NCBI GenBank assembly: GCA_044892525.1
Contig: CM097885.1
Coordinates: 59,396,001-59,460,000, forward strand
Direction of reading: 5' to 3'
DNA: 64,000 nt
DNA from: Schmidtea polychroa
Taxonomy: Eukaryota
The notes below the pieces were generated by a model. It was not told the origin of the DNA and made no database searches. It saw nothing but the letters and a program-made list of their open reading frames with translations. Shown here in pieces: positions 27,130-39,681 of the stretch. The position numbers and the translations under genes are program-made. Each line of letters opens with the position of its first letter. The first letter of the stretch is position 1.

Positions 27130-27378
27130 CAGCCATGGCCAACCGGTGGCCAGCGAAGCGTTTTGATGTGGCCCGGACACAATTTTAAAAATCAAATCAA
27201 TAATTGTCTTTTTTAGAATTCATATTCGAATTATGCATGTTTTTAATTTAAAAAATTGATTCTAAGTTTACTTGAATCGTAAAAACGAGTTATATTTATT
27301 TAAATGAATTTATTGTGGCCCGTGATAGTATTTTTCCGAAAATTTGGCCCTTCGATTGATTTGGGTTGACCACCACTG
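27130..27378. mobile_element. hAT MITE, 249 bp
   Basis: TIRs CAGCCATGGCCAACC and rc CAGTGGTGGTCAACC; 8-bp TSD TCCGAGAC/TCCTAGAC (7/8). Confidence 0.75.
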
Positions 27379-28821
27379 TCCTAGACCCTGAGTTTCAGAT
27401 ATTTCTGTTAAAACGCTGCCTTTCTGTGAAGATGAAATTTCAAATATTCTCCCTTTTTTGATTTTGAGAAAAAATCGAAAGTCGTAAATTTTAATAACTT
27501 AATTTATAAATACTAATATTTTGATAAAATCAGAACATGACAAAATTCGATTAATTGATGACTTGGAAAATGGGGAAGATCGCTATGAATTAAGAAGATA
27601 TCTGGGAATCACCAAAAAATAGTTTGGAACAACAATTTACATATACAAGAAATTTGGAGAAATTTCCAAAGGAAAAAGAGGTTGCAGCAAAGAAATCATT
27701 TCAGAAGAACAGTGAAATTAATGTGTGAAGTGTTTTAAAATATAAATTAAATTATTATTGTATGTTACCTGCATGATGAAATTCTTAATTATACATTAAT
27801 TATTGTTATCGAAATTCATCAAACAAATTATGATTTGATTTGTTTAAATGCTATTCGGTATTCGGTATTGATTTTTTCACTAATACCTGTAGTACAGGTA
27901 TTTGCAGAAAACAAAATGGTTCATGAAAAACGAGGCCTCGGCAAAATAAAACCCAATTACAATCTAAAATGTTTCGTGGGTCGAAATAAAAAAAATCAAT
28001 ATTAACAAATTAACACAAATTAACAATAATAAAATGCGAAATATAGATAACTATATAAACTTTAATCAAAACATCAATTATGACAATGAAGATATCTTTT
28101 AGTCACTAATTCCGTTGCAGAAAAATAACCTTTATTAAACTGAAAAACCAAAAAAAAGTTATTAAGGAATAAAAAATTCAATTTTCATAAATGTCTAAAT
28201 GTTAAATATGAAGGCGGGTCGCGCATTGGCCATCTATAAATAACTATATCAATTTGTAACTGTATTTTATCCCGTATAGATAGTTAATATATATATATGT
28301 GTATAATGCAATAAACAATTCGAATTTCGACATATTTTAGTAATTTTTTTGTTACAAAGACTTCAGGTATAAGAATTATGTTTGAACTCCAGAATATTAA
28401 ACTTTTTCGCTTTTTGACTCTAGTTCAAATTTAGATCCGGACTCAGCGAGTTTTCAAAATTTGGGAATCGTATTCGTTGAGTCCTAAAAATCCGAGTCTT
28501 TTGAAACCCTAGTTGTAGGTTTATGCAACCAGATGTTGTCACAACTACCTAGTTCTATTTGGACTAAAACTTTGTCCTTTTGTGATCTTAACTTTATTTT
28601 TTGGAATATTGTTCTATGATTTCTATGATTCTATGATACTTCTAAGTCCTCTTCTTCGAATTTTGGCGTATCATTGAGCATTATGCCACCAGCTAATTTA
28701 AGTTTATTTCAAAATACGAGTTCTGTTGGTTATGATGAGTCACCTGATGTACAACATTTTCAACATGAGTTTTGAGTGAAATGAAGCTTCAATGTCACTC
28801 CAACTTTTCTATTTCTTTGTA

Positions 28822-29029
28822 CAGTAATACCCCGTTTTACGTACACTAAAATAAAAGTATAAAACTACATGCATAATATCCCTCTTTTTCTTTTTCTTTA
28901 TATGTTTATTGTTTTAGTTTATTTCAAACATATTATTCATCAATAAAAGCAGTAGATTCATTTTACGTACATTTTTGCTTTACGTACAGGCTCCGGTCCC
29001 AAAGTGTACGTAAGTGCGGGGTATTACTG
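28822..29029. mobile_element. pogo/Tigger-like MITE, 208 bp
   Basis: TIR CAGTAATACCCCG..TTACGTACACT at both ends; TA TSD at 28820-21 and 29030-31. Confidence 0.85.
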
Positions 29030-30514
29030 TATATGATATGCAATTGTTCTACGATAATCGATATCTATGTTTCAGTAAAAATTGTTGAATAAAACAGATT
29101 CAAATTGTAAATCTTGAAAGCTAATAGAACACTATATCTACTAATCCATTCTATTTTCACCACTCTTGATTTGTCAACAATTTATTAGAATAGCTTCTCC
29201 CTAGGAATCATAATGAGAATGAACATTTTGTTATTCACTGTTGGCAACCGACTATCTAGATCTATATGGATGATTTTAAATTTTATTAAAGTTCATGTCT
29301 CTTAATGTTGTTAATTTTGATTGCTGGCATTTTAAACATACTTCTTTTCATGAATGAATGTCAGATCTTATTCCTGGTCATAAATATATTTCCATTAACA
29401 GGTATAAAGCTCAAGAAGTATTTGAAATTCTGTAAATCTGAACACTTTTGAAGGAAAAACTCCTGGAATTCCTGTGCTAATGTCAACTAGAATTCCTTCT
29501 TTTATTGGTTTCTGTCAGTGAAGCTACTTCAAGATTTTATTTACATTTTACACTTCTATACCACAATTTTAAATTTAAAACGGTTGATTAACATATAATA
29601 TGGTTCTATTGGAGACCACTGCATTTAATAATTCAATATATTGTTTTACATTATTTGAATTAAATGATTAGGAATTTGACCATATAATAAAGAATATTTA
29701 TCTTCGGCAATTTTAACAATCGGTTTTAAGGAATTGTATTTGCCGCATATAAGTTCTCTGAGATGGTCAGTGAGTCTTGTTCTTGGTGCCATTGGGGCTT
29801 AAATATGCTTTATTATATCCTCAAAAATGGCGGGAAATTTAAAGAATTCATAAAATAACATTGATTTTATCTTTGATTTTTCATTAATATTAATATTTCT
29901 ACATTTGAGGTTGAAATTTTGTGGAAAAATATGAAACTTTTTTGAAAAAGGATGAAACTTTTTTGGAAAAGGATGAAACTTTTTTGGAAACCCTGTAAGA
30001 TTTCATTTATTTTAATTACAAATATAGATAAATTTTTCACTATTTAACAAAAATTGATCGATAATTGTAAAGGATAAAATGAGATTTTAAAAGAAAACAG
30101 AAACTGATTCAAGGGTGACATTTGATTCTATTTTCCTTAGTCTATTTTAGTATAACTTTATGAAACAAATATTGCTTACAAGTGTTAAAACCATAATATT
30201 AAAGTTTAAATATTGAATTACTTTAGAACCATATTTGTACGAGCAGTAAATAGATAACCCTAGAATTGAATATAAAACTAATATTTTTGCATCATTTATT
30301 ACCAAATGGATCTGCATCCACCAAACAAAATACAGGGATATTTATAATAGTTGGGTCCCTAGAATTTAACAAATATCTGCAATTCAAGTCAGGAAATCCT
30401 TTTGCCTGTGATAAATAAAATACATGTATATATAGATCTCAACAATATACCAAATGGTACTGAAGTATTTTTTTTCCCAAAACCCAGTTATGACAGAAAC
30501 TTGCATCATACACT

Positions 30515-31420
30515 TATGTGATATGTTCAGTAAGTACTTAGCCTCGACAGGAAATAATCACTTTATAATAGAGATATTACATGTGATATCTTGGTTTTTC
30601 AAAGCTATTTTTGTTTAGAAAAAAATTCTCCATATCATTATTACATCAGAAAATATTAGATGATGTTGGATTTCAAAGCGTTATAAAGTTTCTGCTTTTG
30701 AAGAAAATTAATAGCCAAAACAATGTTGCACAACTGCAGAATGTTTATAAGAGTGAGTGCCCCTGTAAAACTATAATTTACAACTGGATTCGTGATTTTA
30801 AAAGTGGACAAAATAGAGTTTTTGATTTGGAACAAAATGGTAGATCTATGGAAGTTGGAAATGAAAAAAAAATGCTAGAGAAAATCATCATAACAGGTGG
30901 CTCTAACACAACGCCTAAACATCTCCAAAGGTATATTCCATAACTTGCTAAATGAAATGGGTATTTTGGAAACTGTGTTCACGATTTATGCCACCGTTTT
31001 GTTTGTTAACATGCAAGAAAAACTATTTAATTGTTATCAGAAAAACTTGAAATATTTGTTAATATCTTTCTGAAACACTTAATCAGAGAAGATGAGACAC
31101 CTCTAAGCCTTAATACATACATCAAACTAAAAGTGAATCTGCCGAATGAAAGATGCCAGAGGAGAACCATCACTGAAGATGAGAGCTGGTACAACTAACA
31201 AGAAATGTCTGATGTTAACAACCCTCTGGGACATGAAAAGCTTTCTCAAATGGATTTTGTTGCATTTTGGACGTGGTGTGACGTTGGTGAAAATGCGTGG
31301 AAGTTGGCGGAGTTTACATGGAGAAAAAAACCTTTACATGCTGCTTGTTTGTTGCTGAAAGTTTGAATAAAATCGTTTATATTTTGTCGAGTCTAATTAC
31401 TTATTATACGCACCAACTTT
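30515..31420 (+). mobile_element. Decayed mariner element
   Basis: HTH segment VIKFLL..VYKSECPCKTIIYNWIRDFKSGQ..D..NGR (30611 ORF), EDET at ~31088 (GDET motif), MLTTLWD; degenerate TIR cores 30525-30557 and 31377-31409. Confidence 0.75.
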
Positions 31421-34370
31421 TATATTAATGAATATTTATAGAATTAATCATTGTATTTATTGTCATTAATTTACAATCATATAATGATAGTCATTACAAA
31501 GGAATTTAATGTCTATGTGGGAGTCTACAAGCTCATATTTATGAGTGTAATGAGATGAGACCAATATTTATTGTCCAAATATGTGATTTTTTATTTTTGG
31601 AAATTTTATGCATTTTGCTTGTGTGTATAAATTAATTTTTCTATATTGTAGTCTGTTACTTATTGCCAAGGACCTTATTTATTGTCATTAAGGCCAGAGC
31701 CGGCTCAGAGGTCGGGACTTCGGGGATTTTTCGCTAGGCCCTCTGCTTTCATATTTCTAACAATATTTCTATGGCAAGTTTTAGACACCAAATGCAACGT
31801 TTTTACAAGTCGGGTGTTAATGTAGGTCTTTCCCTGAATAAACATCTCTTTCACTATGGCTGTTCTTCAGGGAATAGCCGACTTTTGATCTGGAAATCGG
31901 TTTCTGCCGGATTTTGATCAAACCGATTAATCAGTATCGGCACCAACGCGAAAGACCGATCCAAATAGCAAAAGAACGGGTTTTTAACAATTAAAATGAA
32001 ACATAAAAATATCTGTAAAAAAGTAAGTATTAAAAAATAACAAATACTTGACATTGACAATACATCCATTTAGTCATTATTTTAACTTCTAGACTTCTAT
32101 CTAGCGACCTTTAAACAAAGAAAACATTTACAATTAATATTAAAATACAAATTTATGTGAATATGTTTAACTGGATCTATTCGGAACAATCCGGATTGTA
32201 TCCGGAATCGGCAGGAAATTGACAATCGGCCCTATTGTTCTTTACATGTTTGTACATGTCATGCCATCTGCTACCTCCTTGTCTGCTGCAGCTGCTCCGC
32301 TCTTTTGATAATATTATCTAGGAATTAGCAGTAAAAAAGGTTTGTGCAAATCAATAAATGACTCATCATTTCTGTAATTTCTATTTGATTTATCATGGTC
32401 ACAAAGTCACAGAAAAAAATAGTCTCCCATTAACAACTACATTGAGTGTCACTTTAAAAATCCTTAATCTGTTAATAATCGTAATATTTACATTTTATTG
32501 ATAGTCTCATTTAATAGCTATTTGAAAATTACCGCTCTCGGTTTATTATACCATCTGAAAATGGCTATTATTTGCAAGCAACTCATAACTTACTGTAATC
32601 AATATAGATGGATAGAATAAATTACAAAAATTTCCATCAATCAACTTCTGGAAAGTTGCATCTTTTTCGACGACCAAAATGAATTTAATTAATGCCAAGC
32701 TTTCTAATATCAAAAATCAAAACAGATGACAGATATAAATAAGCATAAGTAATAACTTTGTGAAAACGTAAAGCCACTGGATAAATTAATGCCCTGTAAC
32801 AAATAACATCAATAATATGTTATAATACGCATTAAACATACATTATGTGAGGATAGACAATGAACAGGTTCATTAACTTTATGATTCAACATTACATCTC
32901 CATAAATCAATGATTTACTCGAAGCTTCCTTAAAAGGTTACATAATTAGTTTCCAATCATTATCATCAAAAATAAAAATATTAAACTTTAAAATAAATTC
33001 TCGATGAGGGAATTATATTTTTATAAAAATAATTCAAGTAAATAAATTATTTATAAATAATAATAATAATAAAAATATTATAATAAAAACTTCAGTAATA
33101 AAATAATAATAATAAACTGGGATTTGTTTAATCAAAACAATAACTAGCCCAAACCCAGCACGAAAATTACTCCAAAACTCAATTTGATGTACTACATTGT
33201 TTACACCAAAGCCCAATTGACAATGACTAAAGTGAAATTTAATAAATCCAGCCAATTGCGCTTTGTCTTAATTTTGATATTATACAGTTTTTATACAATT
33301 TAAATATGAAATATACACATTCTTCCAGCGAAGAAATAAAAATAGTGTTCTTGTCACAGTATTCCACAATGCACACGTTATTAGTGTGTATTTGTGCATA
33401 GGTTTAGTATAAAGCGACCCGACGTCCCAGATTATGCGGTTTTAATTTAATAATGTCCCGCATTACAACAAAAAATATCTGGTCACTTTATTTTAATGTG
33501 ATGATAGGATTTTTCTCAAATTACTATAATCTGGTTTTTGGAGTTATTTATTAACTATGCATGACTGATATGTTTCCTTGAAAGAACCAATAATAATTTT
33601 TGATTGGATTGGTCCATGTTTGGAAATTGCCAAAACTAACAAGATATTGGGAGCTCGATATTTTAGCATATTGGAATAACTCCTGTTACTCATTCGTGAT
33701 CTACAAAATCTTTTCTCTCATGTATTGAAAGAACATTCGTCTATATAAATAGATTTCCTGCTTCTCCAAATTTCCTCAACCAGACATTGGACTTATGTGG
33801 CGAAGATTTAAAATTCCCTCTTAATTTCTTTCCTTCACGCAAATACTTATCTTTTTGAATGCAATTAAATTGGTATTTAAATCTTGACATTGTTCTTTTT
33901 GAAATGTGAATGTTTGGTTCTAATTTGGCACAATGTATCATAATAATTTTTCTCGATATAATTTAATAATTTCTTTGCTGGACAATGGCCTCCTCTTGTT
34001 CCTTTTGATAGAGCCCCAGTCTTTTTATATTTGCACTACAATATTTGTGATTGAGTTTCGCTCGATTCCGAGAATACGGTCTACATAGTAATCACGTCAG
34101 TCTTACATTACGCCAATAATCCTTTTTTATCAGCAATGGAAATTCTGCAAAAAATGTATTATAAGTTAACTACATATTTCTATGGATTTGTTGATGCTCT
34201 ATATCAGGGTTTCCGAAACTATGTTCCGAGTAAATTTAGAAAATTGAATATATTCTACTTCATAATGAAAGACGAGCGACGGTTAAACTTCATTGAGTTT
34301 TAAGACGTCAAGAGCAGGCTTGATCAATTAATATTTCAAATGCAAAAAATAGATAATTTCACACAAGTAA

Positions 34371-34431
<61 letters not shown>
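34371..34431. repeat. (AAT)n microsatellite
   Basis: Pure AAT run left of the ribozyme element. Confidence 0.95.
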
Positions 34432-34433
<2 letters not shown>

Positions 34434-34434
<1 letters not shown>

Positions 34435-34630
34435 TAAACATTACAAGCTTTGTGATACCCAGTGCAAATCCCAATAGTAGACTAGTTTCGAGCTTTTGGC
34501 TCTCATCAGTACTATGCAGGCGACGCGAAGATTTCTCTTCGCGCCAGGTAAGTATACAATATTGTGGATTCAACTCTATTGCATACTTTCTCCGGTACAC
34601 TGGAAATCACATCGCTTGCAAAATAGCTTG
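34434..34630 (-). mobile_element. ~190-bp hammerhead-bearing repeat (retrozyme or Penelope-like pLTR fragment)
   Basis: Second copy at 893-1080; contains a hammerhead and a GAAA-capped 8-bp hairpin; flanked by (AAT)n on both sides. Confidence 0.75.
34474..34515 (-). ncRNA. Minimal type I hammerhead ribozyme
   Basis: Minus strand ATAGTA-CTGATGA-GAGC-CAAAA-GCTC-GAAA-CTA-GTC-TACTAT: 6-bp stem I, intact core, 4-bp stem II, palindromic ACTAGT stem III, GUC cleavage triplet at 34482-34480. Confidence 0.88.
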
Positions 34631-34633
34631 CAA

Positions 34634-34690
<57 letters not shown>
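34634..34690. repeat. (AAT)n microsatellite
   Basis: Pure AAT run right of the ribozyme element. Confidence 0.95.
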
Positions 34691-34691
<1 letters not shown>

Positions 34692-35689
34692 TAAAATCTC
34701 ACAATATTCATTTCCATTCGGGACAATCCAATCTTCTTTGAAATAGATTCAATAATAAAATCCAAATATTTTTGATTAACAAATAATTCAATATTCATGT
34801 AGAAAATATTCCTTTAGAATTGCATATCAACACTAAAGACTCAATAAATGGTAAACCTTTTCGTAGATTTCATATTTTTTATCAGTAACTGATGAACGAT
34901 TGACAAAACGTACAATTCTGACGCTAAATTACCTTGGTAATATTTGATAATTATAAAATTTACCAGTTTTTCGTTTTAATAAATGTTTATTGTTTGGAAT
35001 GAGCAAACTAATTGTATATTATTCACATATATCATTTATTAATAAATTAATACTCAATAATAAGGAAATCCAGAAAATATTTTTCAATAGTTGAAATCGC
35101 AGGCGAATTCATGGAGATTGAAAACCTAATTGCACAAATTAATCAAGAATCATATATTTAAAACATTAGGTTCATATAAAGATAATTTCATTTTAATCAC
35201 ATTTCTAATAATATTGAAAATTTAAGTAAAATTTTACACAAAAAAATCATCGAGATATAATTAATAGAATAAGCAACTATTTGAAAGTTAAATGACTTTT
35301 GCAAAATGGTAATTGTGGTTTAATTAAACAAAATACACACTAAAATAAATTAAATATGAAAACAAACTATTCATTAAAATGTTAATTTATTCATATTAAT
35401 AAAAGAAGACCATTTTTAAAATTTATTTTTACAATATATTTTGATAATATTTTAAAAAATATGCAATAAAATAACAAAATTAAGATGCAATAAAAACATG
35501 ATTTTATAATGTAAATTAATGATCTTAATTAACTTTTATGATTATTATTATTAAAAATTTTTATTTGAATAAAGATCTGAAAACATTAATCTACTTGGAG
35601 TAAATGTCTGTCGCTGTTGCGGTATCAAGGATTATTAAAAGATCCAGACTAGTAACTCGTTTAATTTCATAAAATGACTCTCCGGATCA

Positions 35690-36150
35690 CGGATCTTCTT
35701 TCAGTAATTGGAAGGTTATTATGGGATTTCTAATAAGTCTTAGTTATAAAGCCACAGCTATTGAATTGTGAAAATAACTAACACGAATGACGATGTCAAC
35801 CTTCAAAACATATCCACGATCTCTATCAAACTCATCCCAATTAACATATCTTTTAATAATACTATCCATTTAAGTCTGGCCTAATAATCAGAATTCAATA
35901 ACGGGAAGTTGTCTATCCATATAAATTATTAACATCTTAGTACGTCATTTGAGTTGACTTATCTGCCTCAACATGATGGTTGTTGATAAATGTCATTCCA
36001 ATCTGAATACCTACCTCAAACAAGCGATAAAGCTCTCGATTTTGAATAGGTTTTATTTTTTCAACGCTGAGATAGAAACCATAGATAGTGCTTCCAATCC
36101 ATTTTCAACAAATGATTTGTCTCTGAAGGTTTCAAAAACATCAACCAACA
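35690..36150 (-). pseudogene. Relic of a protein-primed DNA polymerase B (Polinton/Maverick type)
   Basis: Manual translation gives LLVDVFETFRD..GLE, LFEVGIQIG, Y*DVNNLYG*, GYVLKVDI and HNNLPI, collinear with pPolB motifs DVFE.FR / E.GIRGG / YLD.NNLYG / GY.LEVD / H.DLP; stops and frameshifts present. Confidence 0.75.
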
Positions 36151-36770
36151 GTCCAAATTAAGGTTTATTAACATATAATCTAACTACGCTCACAGTTGCA
36201 TAGTGTTGGCGGGTGCACTACCCGGATGACCCCCTTCAGTAGCGCGTTTAGTCTAGAGGATGAATGCCCATATCGCTTACACTCGTCTTGTTTTTGGTCA
36301 TCGCCGAGCAGGACCCGTACATAATCTACCCTCCAACATAGCACCCGTGAATCGCTTCACGTTGGAACTGTGCTATGCCGGCGAGACGCCAGTAGGCAGG
36401 TGAGCCACCTCCTTCGGACTACTCCCTACTGAGGCCTCGACTTCCTAACCCTGACGGCCGATAGAAGGACTTACGTCTTTTCATTCTGTCGCCCACCGCA
36501 AGAGTTTCCGCTGGGATTACTAATTGACCGATGCTCCTCATTTTTCCGAAAAATTCTCAATGCTATTTACTAATCCCTTATTATTTCCCAATCACAACAA
36601 ACAGGATAACACATACATAAACGAGAAATTTTTATTATTAAATTTACTATACAAACACCTCGAAAATTTATACACGGAAATTTACACGAACTGAATAACA
36701 CCAAGGTAGAAAACGACATCAGAAAAGTTCAATCCTCTACGGAGAAGGAGGCCATGTTTCGGGAAAATCC

Positions 36771-37514
36771 TCATTTCTCCCACTCCGAGTCGGCGAGTAA
36801 CTCGTCCAGATTAAAGAACTCGGCGGCGTTTTCCTCCCACGTCGCCCCGGCGGCGGAGATGACTCGCCCGGAGATCCCGGTTGTTGGGACGACCACCGTT
36901 AGATCACTATTGTTGCTGACTGGAGCGTTGATTGACGAGGTACACTGCTTGACAGATGCCCGTTCCCGTTGTTTCCGTTTGCGTTCAGCTCGAGACAGCT
37001 GTCGACGCTTAGACTTTGAGGAGGTGATCGTTTGTATGGTTGATGAGGACGCGAGATTTAGCTGGACCTTACTGGTTCCGGTGAATACAATCTCTGGGTC
37101 TTTAGGAGAGAGGTCGGACTCTACACATCCATGGCAAGACTTCGCGAGTGGAGACGAAAACTTAACAGAAGTATCATGGTGCGCTGGGAAGAGATTACCG
37201 GCTTCGTCAATTGGGATCTTCGCTATTTTTCTAGTGGTCGCCGCTTGTATGTATAGTTTATGCAGTGCTTCCGACTGCTCTTTTATCAGGCTCCTCTGTG
37301 CTCGACTTTCGGAAATGAGAGCATCACGACAGTGCTCGCTTCGATACAATTTCTTTTGGGTCTCCTTCATTTGCGTGGGACTAAACCATGTCCCCTCCAA
37401 CTCATCGATCTTCCTTTTGTACTTTCCAATTTGCGCTTGTAGATCCCTGATAACTGAATTCTTGTCCGAGCAAGAAAAGCAAGGTTTAAGAATGTTGTTG
37501 GCACTTGAAGACAT
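36771..37514 (-). CDS. LTR-encoded 247-aa protein (CxxC, coiled coil, basic patch, acidic-hydrophobic C-terminus)
   Basis: ATG ORF in element sense, intact in both LTRs; CFSC, CHGC, KRRQLSRAERKRKQRER, EFFNLDELLADSEW. Confidence 0.65.
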   Translation of the reverse strand: MSSSANNILKPCFSCSDKNSVIRDLQAQIGKYKRKIDELEGTWFSPTQMKETQKKLYRSEHCRDALISESRAQRSLIKEQSEALHKLYIQAATTRKIAKIPIDEAGNLFPAHHDTSVKFSSPLAKSCHGCVESDLSPKDPEIVFTGTSKVQLNLASSSTIQTITSSKSKRRQLSRAERKRKQRERASVKQCTSSINAPVSNNSDLTVVVPTTGISGRVISAAGATWEENAAEFFNLDELLADSEWEK

Positions 37515-39593
37515 CTTGAGTAGCTATGAAGAGGAAATGCGAATAAAATCAAACTAAGTCAAAAGTGAGACATCATCATCTAGTCACACTCATACCATAC
37601 TGATCATAGATTATCATACTGACAAAACGAGTTTATTAGCCTGAAGAGATTTCATTACCCTACAGATCTTGTACGCTTGGGGTCATTATTTATACGAGAG
37701 AGGATCATTCATGCAAGATTTTACCGAAGGAAAGTAAGGTATTATCCTGGATAAGGGAAATTACAGGTTGATGAAATTACAATTTGATCAATTTACCTGA
37801 AAACAGTACCTAACATTTAAAGAGAGTTTAAATTAAATTATAGATTTACCCCAAGACAAATAATTTGGATGTGTAGATCTTATGCATGGATAGGCGATTT
37901 ATCTATAAATTAATTATTCAACATAAATAAGACTCTATCAATTGCTCTGCAATTATTTGTTTGCGATACGTAAAAGTTTGTTAATTAATTTGCACTTGTT
38001 CAGTTGTGAGAAAATCAGAATGATTAAAACAAAGTTGAATATTTAAATGAATTTAACCACGTGTACCCAAAATGTCTGTCTGGCCGCTATCTATCATTTC
38101 TGATCGGTGAGAAAATCGGGTGACTGTCAGTAGTATGTTTCAGTGAATTATGTTTCAGCTGACGCGTCAGGTTGGATTTCCTGTGATTAACAGTCTGTAT
38201 AATCTACATATTGCGAGTAGCCTCTGTGATTATTCTAAAGCGCATGGCGCATGAAAATTTTCTCTCACCTACTTCTACTTAGTCATAATCGCTGACTGAT
38301 GTCTTCATGCTCTATGCTATGCCTGTGTATGCATGCAGATGTATTTTCCCTTATGACATATTACATCACTGACGAACCATGTATCTACCTCTAATGCTGC
38401 CTGCTATCTCTCATGGATATTTTGGAAAAACCGGATTTCTACATCATCAATATTGGAATTAATTCACGATCCCCCAAATATGATTTACCAGCTCGTCTCG
38501 TGGCCCTCTATCACTATCAATGTACGCCGGCTACTGCTGTCAAATTGGAGATTCATTACTTATCCCAATGCTGGATTTTCCACTCGACGGGATGTGGACA
38601 TTTTATGTTTTACTGGGTAAACATTATTCTAATAAATTATTTTTTAGAGAAATACATTTTTACTGATTGGAGTTGTTCGCTTTTATTTTAATGATTATTT
38701 ACACCCATTTAATTATGTGATTTCATACAATTTCATCTCTGAGAGGACATATAGCCGATGGGAATAGCGATTTCGCAAAAATCGTTAGTTGAAAATTTCA
38801 AGATTAAATTTCTAGCGAATTCGAGAACTACGGCAACTATAGCACTACCAAGGTTGGACGGTTTTGTTAACGCAAAACCTGCCTAGATCTACTGGATGAT
38901 AAAGAAGAATTTTAACTTGATCAGACGCTGTTATAATACGCTAGTGCGACACCCTCAATCACTGCGCGAACATATCAAAATTTCTCCTATTGATCGATTC
39001 ATTCTCCTATCCTACTTCCTCGTATGAATTTTCATAGAATTTAGTCACTCCCTCAGCGACGGACCCGTGAGGAAGCCCCCACATTACGGCCCGAATCAGC
39101 TGCGTGATTGAAAAGACCCCATGTCCACCGGCTGAGCTCCCGAAGGCACCTCGCACCATGACATGGAGTATCTCAACACCACGTTTCTCCAAAATTTTAA
39201 ATATCATAAAATCAACAAATAATAAAAATTCTTTTCATTCATAATAAAATATTTATTACCCAATTACTAAAACATTTAATTAAGTAAAACCTTCAAATCA
39301 AACGAAAAGAGAAAAATTATTATTAAATTTAGACTACTATAAATTCATAAATATACATGATCGTTGCATGGTAAACCTAAATAATGGAAAAATCCCTTAC
39401 CAAATTTTCAAATAGGCTGGATCGAAAAGTTCTGAACAGAATTGGTTAATACTAGAATAGGTTATAGAATTGGTTGAGTTTCCTGAATTCCTAGAATAGT
39501 CCTGGCAATGCTTTTAGTAAAACTGTGGCTGTCGCTGTGAATTTTGGTTTCTAATGTAGTGGTTAGATGAACGGTAATGGTTAATTAAAATAC

Positions 39594-39681
39594 ACTTACC
39601 TAATGTAGTGGTTAGATGAACGGTAATTGTTATGATTTTAGTGTCTGCTTATATATTAGTTTTCTATTTATGCGGACCAAT
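39594..39681 (-). promoter_or_regulatory. Candidate LTR promoter (CCAAT, TATA) and splice donor
   Basis: CCAAT 39677-81; TATATAA on minus 39655-49; AG|GTAAGT on minus 39601-39594; 28-bp direct repeat 39551-78/39600-27. Confidence 0.5.

Noticed and set aside
31850-32240. CCGGA/AATCGG-rich patch and an 81-bp TIR-like unit at 33410-33490
   Set aside because: Probable MITE debris; no TSD confirmed.
33741-33941. Short ORF vaguely like a transposase HTH
   Set aside because: No diagnostic residues.
34500-34555. U1 snRNA gene
   Set aside because: Only the 5' 13-mer and TTGCAC match; the U1-70K loop and spacing do not fit.
34328-34798. Poly-L, poly-I and poly-N ORFs
   Set aside because: Translations of (AAT)n; the real signal is the ribozyme between the tracts.
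38413-39207. 92-aa and 66-aa ORFs in the LTR
   Set aside because: Short, no recognisable features; duplicated only because they lie in the LTR.
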